In this document: positions 20,288-27,455 of the stretch, piece by piece
How the letters are laid out: each line of letters starts with the position of its first letter
Numbering within the stretch: position 1 is the first letter of the stretch
Source of the DNA: a candidate division WOR-3 bacterium
GTDB taxonomy: Bacteria > Hydrothermota > Tepidihabitantia > B3-TA06
Reading direction: 5' to 3'
Assembly (NCBI GenBank): GCA_965649265.1
Contig: CBFGKC010000001.1
Location: 190,613 to 254,612 of the forward strand
DNA length: 64,000 bases
Position numbers and translations under genes: made by a program
Notes under the pieces: generated by a model
Told to the model about the DNA's origin: nothing
Seen by the model: the letters and a program-made list of their open reading frames with translations, nothing else
Database searches by the model: none

Positions 20288-20682
20288 TAAAGCCGGACGT
20301 AGTGGCGCGGAACAAGATAGGTGAGATTCTTGCCGGGGTTGAGGCGCAGGGTTTCGTGATTCTCGGTCTCAAGCATCTCATACTCTCGCCGCAGGAAGCG
20401 GAGTTGTTCTACGAGGTTCACAAGGGAAAAGATTTTTTCGACGGACTGATCGAGTACATGACATCAGGTCCCATCATCGCCTGTTGCTTGAGCCGAGAAG
20501 ACGCTGTTCATAAACTCCGCGAAATAGTCGGCGATACCGATCCCGTAAAAGCCTTACCTGGTACGCTTCGAGCGCTTTACGGCGAAAGCATCGAGCGCAA
20601 CGGGGTACACGCCTCGAATCCAAATGAGGATCCGAGGAACGAGGTTGATTTCTTTTTTTCTACCCATGAATTGTTATCGTAA
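20266..20682 (+). CDS. ndk: Nucleoside diphosphate kinase
   Basis: TLLLIKPD, FYEVH, MTSGP, PGTLRALYG, NGVHAS. Confidence 0.95.
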   Translation: MEKTLLLIKPDVVARNKIGEILAGVEAQGFVILGLKHLILSPQEAELFYEVHKGKDFFDGLIEYMTSGPIIACCLSREDAVHKLREIVGDTDPVKALPGTLRALYGESIERNGVHASNPNEDPRNEVDFFFSTHELLS

Positions 20683-20693
20683 GGAGGAGTAAG

Positions 20694-21149
20694 ATGTCAA
20701 AAGAACAAGTACTCAGGTTTCTTAAGATCGTCTTTGTTACGGCGGCAATGCTCCTTGTCACGGTTTGCATCGGGCCGATACTTACCGACAGTTACGAGCC
20801 GAACGACTCCATAGATCAGGCGGCTTCGATATCCCTTGGATCCATTCAAGCCACCATTGAGCCGTCGGACGATGAGGATTACTACAAGGTCGTTCTATCA
20901 GGTTCCGATCAGGTGAATGTTTCCTATTCTCTCAGCGTTCCCTCAGTACTCATGCCTGAGATTACATTCTACAATTCATCCCAGACTTTCCTCGATACGA
21001 AAAGGGCAGATACATCCGGACAGTCTCTTTCGGGCACAATATCGACACCGGCTGGGGATTTCTACATAAGGGTTCGAACCTTTGATTACTCCACATCCGA
21101 CACCAGTTACACATTGACCCTTAACGAGACTTCTACTGCAAAACGTTGA
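20694..21149 (+). CDS. Small exported protein with pre-peptidase C-terminal (PPC)-like domain, possible lipoprotein
   Basis: Hydrophobic leader ending VTVC; DSYEPNDS, DEDYY, GDFYIRV, YTLT motifs. Confidence 0.75.
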   Translation: MSKEQVLRFLKIVFVTAAMLLVTVCIGPILTDSYEPNDSIDQAASISLGSIQATIEPSDDEDYYKVVLSGSDQVNVSYSLSVPSVLMPEITFYNSSQTFLDTKRADTSGQSLSGTISTPAGDFYIRVRTFDYSTSDTSYTLTLNETSTAKR

Positions 21150-21164
21150 GGTAATAAGAGTCCG

Positions 21165-22052
21165 CTAGATTAAAGAAATACTTTTGAGGGTCCTGCTTAA
21201 GGCGACGTGCGCGGTTATGGCGAGACCTGCCGCAACCCAGAGCAGGGTTTTTAGAAAAGAGCCCGGATGTTTATGTTTCACAAGATAACGATAAATGCCC
21301 TTGTAATGATGCATTTTTACATAAGTTCGGTCGATTCCCTGGATGTTTTCCCCTACGTGATGTACGGCCGACGTCACCGGAACGAACCATGTAACGTAGC
21401 CGAGTTCGGCAGATCGTTTGCATAAATCCATATCTTCTACATAGAAAAAAAATCCCTCGTCAAATCCTCCAAGCGTTTCAAACAATTCACGCTTGATCAT
21501 AAGAAACATTCCGGTGCAAACATCAACGGGTCTCGGTTTGTCAAATGAAATGTCCATATAAAGGTAGCGCTTGATCCATGGATTTCGTGGGAAGAGTCTG
21601 GTAAGAAGGCTTTTGCGACCGAAGATGAAATCGGCATAACCGGGAAAACGCCGGATGGTTTCCTGGATCCTCCCGTCAGGATACAGTATTCTTCCCGAAG
21701 CTATTCCGCGGCTTGAATCTTTCTCGAGAAAATCAAAAACCTCTAAGATAGCATTTTCTGTGATTTCTGAATCCTGGTTCAAGAAAAGAAGTGACTTACC
21801 TCTGGCAAATCTGGACGCGTAGTTGCAGGCGTAAGCGAAGCCGGTGTTTCGTCCTAGAAAAAAAAATTTCACCCAGGGGTAGTTTTTTTTCGCTTTTTCA
21901 ACCTGCCCGTCTCTCGAACCGTTGTCGACCACTATAACCTCAACATCCCGTCTGGGGATAGATGTCAGGCATTTAGAAAGCAGATTTCCGGGATTATATG
22001 CGGGGATTATTACAGATACACTTGGGCGGGAGCTCTTTTTACTTTTGAGCAT
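21165..22052 (-). CDS. GT2 family glycosyltransferase (WbbL-like)
   Basis: VSVIIPAYN, VVDNGSRD, NTGFAYACN, FLNQD, GGFDEGFFFYVEDMDLC. Confidence 0.9.
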   Translation of the reverse strand: MLKSKKSSRPSVSVIIPAYNPGNLLSKCLTSIPRRDVEVIVVDNGSRDGQVEKAKKNYPWVKFFFLGRNTGFAYACNYASRFARGKSLLFLNQDSEITENAILEVFDFLEKDSSRGIASGRILYPDGRIQETIRRFPGYADFIFGRKSLLTRLFPRNPWIKRYLYMDISFDKPRPVDVCTGMFLMIKRELFETLGGFDEGFFFYVEDMDLCKRSAELGYVTWFVPVTSAVHHVGENIQGIDRTYVKMHHYKGIYRYLVKHKHPGSFLKTLLWVAAGLAITAHVALSRTLKSISLI

Positions 22053-22088
22053 GCCCGGTTTTCCAGTTCAACCTTAAACGAATCAGGG

Positions 22089-22826
22089 CTATCTCCAGAA
22101 TCTTAAATGGGGAACAAGGAAGAGAGCCTGCCACACGATTCGACGATTGAGTTTCGAAACGCCGACGCGACGATCCTTGAAGGTAATAGGAATCTCCCGA
22201 ACCTTGAAACCGGCAAGCCATACCCTGTAGTCGATTTCGATCTGGAACCCGTAGCCGTCGGCGGAAATATTATCCAATCGTATCTGGCGGAAAATCTTCG
22301 TGTGGTAGCATTTGAATCCGGCGGTCATATCCTTTATTGGTGCCCCGGTAATGAATCTTGCGTAGATATTTGCATACTTGGAAAGGAACTTTCGTTTAGG
22401 AGGCCAATCTACCACCTCCCCCCCTGGAATGTAGCGAGAACCGATTATCAAATCCGCACCGTCATTCAGCCGCTCGACGAAGCTGGGCAGGTCACGAGGG
22501 TCATGAGAGAAATCGGCGTCCATCTCAAAAGCGTAGTCGTATCCATTTTCGAGCGCCCACTCGAACCCTCTAATATAGGCCGTTCCGAGTCCGAGTTTGC
22601 CGGGTCTTTCAATGAGAAAGAGTTTCTTATCTGTTTTCATTCTCTCTTTCACCACCTGTGCGGTACCGTCGGGCGAGCCGTCGTCAATCACAAGTATGTC
22701 TGCTTGTGGCAGATGCAGATGTACGGCGTCGAGTATTCCGTAACGAGAAGAATCACGCTCGCCGCCCGAACGCGGCATAATGTTATCTTTTTCGTTATAT
22801 GTCGGGATAATCACCACGCCTTTCAT
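22089..22826 (-). CDS. Polyprenol monophosphomannose synthase (Dpm1-like GT2)
   Basis: IIPTYNE, DDGSPDGT, GKLGLGTAY, MDADFSHDP, IGSRY, GYGFQIE. Confidence 0.92.
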   Translation of the reverse strand: MKGVVIIPTYNEKDNIMPRSGGERDSSRYGILDAVHLHLPQADILVIDDGSPDGTAQVVKERMKTDKKLFLIERPGKLGLGTAYIRGFEWALENGYDYAFEMDADFSHDPRDLPSFVERLNDGADLIIGSRYIPGGEVVDWPPKRKFLSKYANIYARFITGAPIKDMTAGFKCYHTKIFRQIRLDNISADGYGFQIEIDYRVWLAGFKVREIPITFKDRRVGVSKLNRRIVWQALFLVPHLRFWR

Positions 22827-22831
22827 TCCTT

Positions 22832-22859
22832 ATTTTATTCGAGTTATAGAATTTGTCAA
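22832..22859 (-). promoter_or_regulatory. sigma-70-type promoter (N16), near-leaderless
   Basis: Minus strand TTGACA-N16-TAAAAT, ATG 5 nt downstream. Confidence 0.7.
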
Positions 22860-22876
22860 TTGCAAAAATGCGTAGC

Positions 22877-22904
22877 TTGACATGAGACAGATTCTTGCTA
22901 TCAT
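22877..22904 (+). promoter_or_regulatory. sigma-70-type promoter (N16) of rpsP operon
   Basis: TTGACA-N16-TATCAT. Confidence 0.75.
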
Positions 22905-22947
22905 TAAGGTTATTGAAAAACGAGAACTAGACACATAAGGAGATAGA

Positions 22948-23301
22948 TTGGTCAAGATTCGTCTAAAACGAATTGGTGCGAATAAAAATCCACATTATCG
23001 GATTGTTGTAACCGACGCTCGTAAGGCACGTGATGGAGCTTATATCGAGGCGATCGGTAACTACGACCCGCGCGGTGTTCAGACGTTTGCTCTGAATGAA
23101 GCAAGGCTTGAGTACTGGCTTACAAAGGGTGCAGAAATGTCGCCTCGAGTCACGGCGCTTATGCGCCGCAGCAAAAAGGAACTCAAAACGTCTGGCGCAC
23201 TTCCCAACGCAGAGGAGGAGGCATCTAACCCTCATGCGGACACCTCCCTCGACACCGGGGAAAAACCTAAAGCTGAAATCGAATCCAGTGAAGGAGGATA
23301 A
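22948..23301 (+). CDS. rpsP: 30S ribosomal protein S16
   Basis: MVKIRLKRIG, YRIVVTDAR, RDG, IGNYDP; acidic C-terminal extension. Confidence 0.96.
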   Translation: MVKIRLKRIGANKNPHYRIVVTDARKARDGAYIEAIGNYDPRGVQTFALNEARLEYWLTKGAEMSPRVTALMRRSKKELKTSGALPNAEEEASNPHADTSLDTGEKPKAEIESSEGG

Positions 23302-23303
23302 CA

Positions 23304-23534
23304 ATGAAGGAACTATTGGAATACATGGTTAAGGCACTGGTAGACAATCCGAACAACGTTGTCATCGATGAGATAGCCGGCGAGAAAACGATCATTTACG
23401 AACTTCGGGTCGGCGAAGGCGATCTGGGCAAGGTCATAGGTAAGGAAGGCCGGATGGCAAAGGCGATCCGGACGATTCTTACCGCCGCTTCGATGAAGAA
23501 GGGCAAAAGAGCCCAGCTCGAAATAATAGAGTAA
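23304..23534 (+). CDS. khpA: KH domain RNA-binding protein
   Basis: MKELLEYMVKALVD, DLGKVIGKEGR; conserved position after rpsP. Confidence 0.92.
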   Translation: MKELLEYMVKALVDNPNNVVIDEIAGEKTIIYELRVGEGDLGKVIGKEGRMAKAIRTILTAASMKKGKRAQLEIIE

Positions 23535-23557
23535 CGTCCTCCATTCGAGGAGGTTTC

Positions 23558-24343
23558 CTGCAGATTACGATCCTTTCGTGCTTGCCCGAGTATCTGGGAA
23601 GCCCCCTTTCAGAGGGTCACGTAAGGATCGCTCAAGAGAAAGGGTTGGTGGAGGTGAAAGTAGTAAATGTGAGGGATTATGCGCAGGATTCGTATCGTAC
23701 GGTAGACGACGAACCCTACGGTGGAGGAGGAGGGATGGTTCTGAAAGTAGAGCCTGTGTGGCGGGCACTCTTCTCCCTGGGGGCCTTTAATGAGGAGGGT
23801 GAGAGGGAAAAAGACAATAAGGGTAGTCTACCGCAAGAGAAACCCTGGGTTGTGTTGCCTACACCAAAGGGTACAAGGCTGAGGCAAGATGATTTTGAAA
23901 GGCTAAGCACAAAAGGTCATCTCGTGTTTCTCTGCAGCCGGTACAAGGGGATAGATGAACGCATACGCGAGATGGTCGACGAGGAGTGTTCGCTTGGAGA
24001 TTACGTTATCGGCGGCGGCGAGGCTGCTGCGATAGTAATGATAGAAGGAATAATTCGACTCCTTCCAGGAGTAGTTGGTGCGCAAGAGTCCATAGAAACA
24101 GATTCATACACGTCTGGACTTCTTTCGGCACCGACTTATACGAGGCCTGAGGAGTTCAAAGGCAAGCGTGTTCCCGAGGTCCTGTTGTCGGGGCATCATG
24201 CCCGAATTCAAAGCTGGCGACGCAGCCAGGCTCTGGCGTTGACCTTAAGGCGCAGACCGGATTTGCTCGCGGCAGCCCAGCTTAGCGATGAAGATAAAAA
24301 ATTGCTTTCGGAGGTTATAGGTGAACAAACTCGTAGAGATTGA
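23558..24343 (+). CDS. trmD: tRNA (guanine37-N1)-methyltransferase
   Basis: VDDEPYGGGGGMV, SLGDYV, YTRP, VPEVLLSGHHA; probable CTG start at 23558 after GGAGG gives MQITILSCLPE. Confidence 0.93.
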   Translation: MQITILSCLPEYLGSPLSEGHVRIAQEKGLVEVKVVNVRDYAQDSYRTVDDEPYGGGGGMVLKVEPVWRALFSLGAFNEEGEREKDNKGSLPQEKPWVVLPTPKGTRLRQDDFERLSTKGHLVFLCSRYKGIDERIREMVDEECSLGDYVIGGGEAAAIVMIEGIIRLLPGVVGAQESIETDSYTSGLLSAPTYTRPEEFKGKRVPEVLLSGHHARIQSWRRSQALALTLRRRPDLLAAAQLSDEDKKLLSEVIGEQTRRD

Positions 24344-24791
24344 AAAAGGTCTGCTTCGCTCGGAACTGCCCTCCTTTGGTCCCGGGGATACTGTCAAGGT
24401 CTCCTTCCACGTCCACGAAGGGAAAAAAGAAAAGGTGCAGGCGTTCCAGGGTGTTTGCATAAAGATACACGGTTCGGGGCCTAACAGGTCTTTTACGCTC
24501 CGGAAGGTTTCTCAGGGTATCGGTATCGAGAGGATATTCCCTCTTCACTCACCAATGCTTGAGAAGATTGAGGTCGTGCGTTTGGGTAAGGTTCGTCGCG
24601 CCAGGCTGTACTATCTGCGTGACAAGGTAGGAAAGGGCCTGGCCATCAAGGAAAGGATCATCAAAAAAGATCCTTCGACTGCAAAGAGCAGGAGAAAAAC
24701 AGCAAAACCCGTAACACCCGTAACAGTGGATTCCCCCAAGGAGGCAGTAGATGCTCAGGAATCTGGACCTCCAGGCGTGGCGGAGGGTTAG
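24321..24791 (+). CDS. rplS: 50S ribosomal protein L19
   Basis: FGPGDTVKV, FQGVCI, GIERIFPLHSP, GKVRRARLYYLR. Confidence 0.96.
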   Translation: MNKLVEIEKGLLRSELPSFGPGDTVKVSFHVHEGKKEKVQAFQGVCIKIHGSGPNRSFTLRKVSQGIGIERIFPLHSPMLEKIEVVRLGKVRRARLYYLRDKVGKGLAIKERIIKKDPSTAKSRRKTAKPVTPVTVDSPKEAVDAQESGPPGVAEG

Positions 24792-25386
24792 CCTTCTTTG
24801 CGGGGTTGATGAAGTGGGCCGGGGGGCGCTTGCCGGGCCGGTTGTGGCCGCGGCAGTCGTACTTCCGCAAGGGTCAGAGATTCCCGATGTCCGGGATTCA
24901 AAAAAACTGACTCACCGCAAACGAGAAGAACTCTTTCAACTCATTGCCGCAAAGGCACTGGGTATTGGAGTGGGATTCATCCCACACGATGAAATAGACG
25001 AAACCGATATCCTTCGCGCCGCCCTGAGGGCGATGCGCAGGGCCTGCGAGCGTCTCGCCTTGCGCGTTGAACCCGATCTCGTTTATGTCGATGGAACCTA
25101 CGAGATACCGGACCTTCCGTGGCCGCAGGAACCATATCCTCAGGCTGACGCAAACTCGATGTCCGTTGCAGCGGCCTCAATCATTGCAAAGGTTCTAAGG
25201 GACCGGTACATGTCGCAGCTTGACTCTACATATCCCGAATACGGATTTGCAAGGCACAAGGGATACCCCACGCGTGAGCACGTCGAAGCTCTTCGCCGCA
25301 GAGGCCTTTCACCAATACACCGCCGCACGTTTCGTCCATGCGTGGAGTGCAGTGAGGTAGAGGTTCACGAAATAAAGATAGACTAG
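24751..25386 (+). CDS. rnhB: Ribonuclease HII
   Basis: GVDEVGRGALAGPV, DSKKL, VAAASIIAKV, HKGYPT, HRRTF. Confidence 0.95.
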   Translation: MLRNLDLQAWRRVSLLCGVDEVGRGALAGPVVAAAVVLPQGSEIPDVRDSKKLTHRKREELFQLIAAKALGIGVGFIPHDEIDETDILRAALRAMRRACERLALRVEPDLVYVDGTYEIPDLPWPQEPYPQADANSMSVAAASIIAKVLRDRYMSQLDSTYPEYGFARHKGYPTREHVEALRRRGLSPIHRRTFRPCVECSEVEVHEIKID

Positions 25387-25415
25387 TACCTGTACTTGTA
25401 GTTCACTAATTGCAG

Positions 25416-25511
25416 GAGGGGGGATTAGTCTTTCTGAGGGAGATAGTCTCAACCGGAGGTGCGGTTTTCAGAAAGGACTATTAATTTGCAGCCTTGATCC
25501 CTCTCTCGCCA
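25416..25511 (+). ncRNA. Candidate structured RNA or tRNA-like remnant
   Basis: GAGGGGGG can pair 8 bp with CCTCTCTC followed by G-CCA; internal stem TAGTCTTTCTGA/TCAGAAAGGACTA encloses two small hairpins; no T-arm or anticodon arm recognisable. Confidence 0.3.
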
Positions 25512-25548
25512 ATATATCCGGGTGATTTCTGAGTATTGAGACTAAACG

Positions 25549-25576
25549 TTGACATGTTTCTTTTTCCGAGTAGGCT
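25549..25576 (+). promoter_or_regulatory. sigma-70-type promoter (N16) upstream of repeat array and tRNA-Ser
   Basis: TTGACA-N16-TAGGCT. Confidence 0.65.
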
Positions 25577-25611
25577 TCGCTCTTAGAACGGAATATCGAA
25601 TAAATATGGAT

Positions 25612-26097
25612 GAAAAGCTAGCGCGAGGGTCGGCTGGCGCTGATGCGACAACGTGAGAGATTTGCGAAAGGTTAGTCTTCGCAAAGCGACCGTGACCGGA
25701 CAAGTCACTAGAAAGATCAGAACAGGCCAGCGGCTGCAATGCGTTGGTTACCGGATAAGTCATAAGAAAAAAGAAGAGGTTAGCATACAGCTTCCAGCTG
25801 GAGCTAATAAGACAATTAGGAAAAAGAAAAAAAGAAGCATATCGTTCGCAAGGCGGCGCTAACACGACAAGTTGTTTGTGATATTAACGAGAGGTTGGCG
25901 TTCACAGAGCGGCGATAATACGGCAAGCCGCATGATAGATGCGAGGTTAGCGTACGCAGAGCGACGATAACACGACAAGCCGCAGGATGTATGCGAGGTT
26001 GGCGTACGCAGAGCGACGGTAACACGACAAGTCGCAGGATGTATGCGAGGTTGGCGTACGCAGAGCGACGATAACACGACAAGCCGCTTCGCGACTT
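25612..26097 (+). repeat. Tandem array of about 9 degenerate ~52-bp units abutting tRNA-Ser(TGA)
   Basis: Exact 52-bp period for units at 25889, 25941, 25993, 26045 (GCGAGGTTRGCGTACGCAGAGCGACGRTAACACGACAAGYCGCAGGATGTAT); more diverged units at about 25833, 25774, 25721, 25666, 25612. Confidence 0.88.
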
Positions 26098-26183
26098 GGA
26101 GGGTTAGCGTAATGGCAACGCAGCAGACTTGAAATCTGCCGCCCCTTGACCGGGGCTTGGGGGTTCGAGTCCCTCACCCTCCG
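26098..26183 (+). tRNA. tRNA-Ser(TGA)
   Basis: GGAGGGT/ACCCTCC acceptor, GCAGA-CT TGA AA-TCTGC anticodon arm, long variable arm, GGGGG-TTCGAGT-CCCTC T-arm, G discriminator; CCA not encoded. Confidence 0.93.
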
Positions 26184-26187
26184 TGTG

Positions 26188-26222
26188 CCCCAAGAAGGTA
26201 CTTTGTACCTTCTTGGGGTTTG
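26188..26222 (+). terminator. Terminator after tRNA-Ser(TGA)
   Basis: CCCCAAGAAGGTAC-ttt-GTACCTTCTTGGGG followed by TTTT. Confidence 0.85.
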
Positions 26223-26231
26223 CTGCCAATA

Positions 26232-26258
26232 TTGACATTCCCGATTTCTTCATATAAT
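26232..26258 (+). promoter_or_regulatory. sigma-70-type promoter (N15)
   Basis: TTGACA-N15-TATAAT. Confidence 0.65.
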
Positions 26259-26299
26259 CAATACTAACTCATAACTAACCAACTACCAAGGAGGTATAA

Positions 26300-26686
26300 A
26301 TGGATCAAAACCCTGTGATCCCGTCCTCAACAGATCCCATGCAGAAGATACGCTACAGCATAGAAAAAACCCAGGGCTGGCTGAAATTCCTTGGGATTCT
26401 TTCCATTATCGGCGGCGCCGTTCAGGCGATAACCCTCGTTGGCATAATTATAGCATGGCTGCCCATCTGGCTCGGCATCATTATGACGCAGGCAGGATCG
26501 AAAGGCAAGGATTATGCCGAAAAAGGTACCATAGAAGATCTCGTCGAGTACAATGACAAACTCAGGAACTACTTTACCATCTACGGCATACTTGCAATAA
26601 TCGGACTCATCGCCGGTGTTCTCGGCGGCATCGTAATGATTATTCTTGCGATAACCGGGGCCTTTGCCGCATCACGTTTCTTCTGA
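26300..26686 (+). CDS. DUF5362-family membrane protein
   Basis: RBS AAGGAGG; GWLKFLGILSIIGG...IAWLPIWLG...LRNYFTIYG pattern, about 3 TM segments. Confidence 0.8.
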   Translation: MDQNPVIPSSTDPMQKIRYSIEKTQGWLKFLGILSIIGGAVQAITLVGIIIAWLPIWLGIIMTQAGSKGKDYAEKGTIEDLVEYNDKLRNYFTIYGILAIIGLIAGVLGGIVMIILAITGAFAASRFF

Positions 26687-26709
26687 CAGCCAAATCGGGA
26701 TCGAATATT

Positions 26710-26734
26710 AAGGGCGTCTTTGGACGCCCTTTTT
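26710..26734 (+). terminator. Rho-independent terminator
   Basis: AAGGGCGTC-tttg-GACGCCCTT followed by Ts. Confidence 0.85.
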
Positions 26735-26810
26735 CTTTTTGGGGAGTTGGGGTTGACAATCGACGCATAAATCAGTCTAATCCTGATCGAGCAACGAAAG
26801 GAGTAAAAGC

Positions 26811-27266
26811 ATGGATAGCGTTCATCCCGAAAATATGAAGGAGCTCTTCAGAAATACCATATACCGTTCAAAGGGCTGGATTACGGGGCTGGGTTGGCTG
26901 GCTTTGGCCTACGGTATCCTGTCTATTTTGAGAGTGGGGGTGTCAACGGCAACGATTTTTGGTTTCACGGGTGCCTCATCACTGACTTATCCTTTAATTA
27001 TCAGTGCCGGGTCCGGGTTCCTTGGTTTGGTCATCAGCTCATTGTTGATACCGATGGGAATAGTTCTCATCAATGCAGGAGGGAATCTCAGGAACTACCT
27101 CGCTGCCGAGGACTTCTCCGCGGTTATTGCCTTTCACGGGAAGATCAGAACCTCGGCGATACTTGCCGTGAGTGTGCTGGTAGTTGATGTCTTTTCAAAC
27201 ATCATAACCGCTTTTCTGTATTACGCAGTAGCGATTATGCCTGGGCTTACAGGATTTGGTGATTGA
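26811..27266 (+). CDS. DUF5362-like membrane protein (divergent paralog)
   Basis: RBS AAGGAG; KGWITGLG...LINAGGNLRNY pattern resembles the upstream gene; about 3 TM segments. Confidence 0.7.
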   Translation: MDSVHPENMKELFRNTIYRSKGWITGLGWLALAYGILSILRVGVSTATIFGFTGASSLTYPLIISAGSGFLGLVISSLLIPMGIVLINAGGNLRNYLAAEDFSAVIAFHGKIRTSAILAVSVLVVDVFSNIITAFLYYAVAIMPGLTGFGD

Positions 27267-27289
27267 CTTTTTTCGATGCTCAGTATAAT
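27263..27289 (+). promoter_or_regulatory. sigma-70-type promoter (N15) of tRNA-Ser(GCT)
   Basis: TTGACT-N15-TATAAT, 8 nt before the tRNA. Confidence 0.7.
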
Positions 27290-27297
27290 CCCTTCTG

Positions 27298-27386
27298 GGA
27301 GAGGTGGCCGAGTGGTCGAAGGCGACCGCTTGCTAAGCGGTTGTACGGGTAACACCGTACCGTGGGTTCAAATCCCACCCTCTCCG
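27298..27386 (+). tRNA. tRNA-Ser(GCT)
   Basis: GGAGAGG/CCTCTCC acceptor, AGTGG D-loop, ACCGC-TT GCT AA-GCGGT anticodon arm, long variable arm, GTGGG-TTCAAAT-CCCAC T-arm; CCA not encoded. Confidence 0.95.
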
Positions 27387-27395
27387 TATATAAAA

Positions 27396-27432
27396 TGTTC
27401 TCGGGATTTTTAAAAGGAAAATCCCGAGAACA
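27396..27432 (+). terminator. Hairpin after tRNA-Ser(GCT)
   Basis: TGTTCTCGGGATTTT-N7-AAAATCCCGAGAACA perfect 15-bp inverted repeat; no U-tract. Confidence 0.55.
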
Positions 27433-27455
27433 AATCTTAATTTCTTCGGAGTAAA

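Noticed and set aside
23930-23965. TrmD RYKG in place of RYEG as a sign of inactivation
   Set aside because: Other motifs are intact, and I recall YKG variants in Bacteroidetes-related TrmD; likely lineage variation.
25416-25511. Functional tRNA, 6S, SRP or tmRNA
   Set aside because: No TTC T-loop, anticodon arm, SRP helix-8 motif or tag frame; too short for 6S. Kept only as a low-confidence candidate.
25612-26097. CRISPR array
   Set aside because: Units are contiguous tandem copies with no unique spacers, and there are no cas genes in the window.
26098-26183. tRNA-Sec or opal suppressor
   Set aside because: The anticodon is TGA (reads UCA, Ser), not TCA, and the acceptor stem is the standard 7 bp.
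26184-27297. Integrative island between the tRNA-Ser genes
   Set aside because: No integrase and no duplicated tRNA 3' end; both tRNAs are intact, different isoacceptors.
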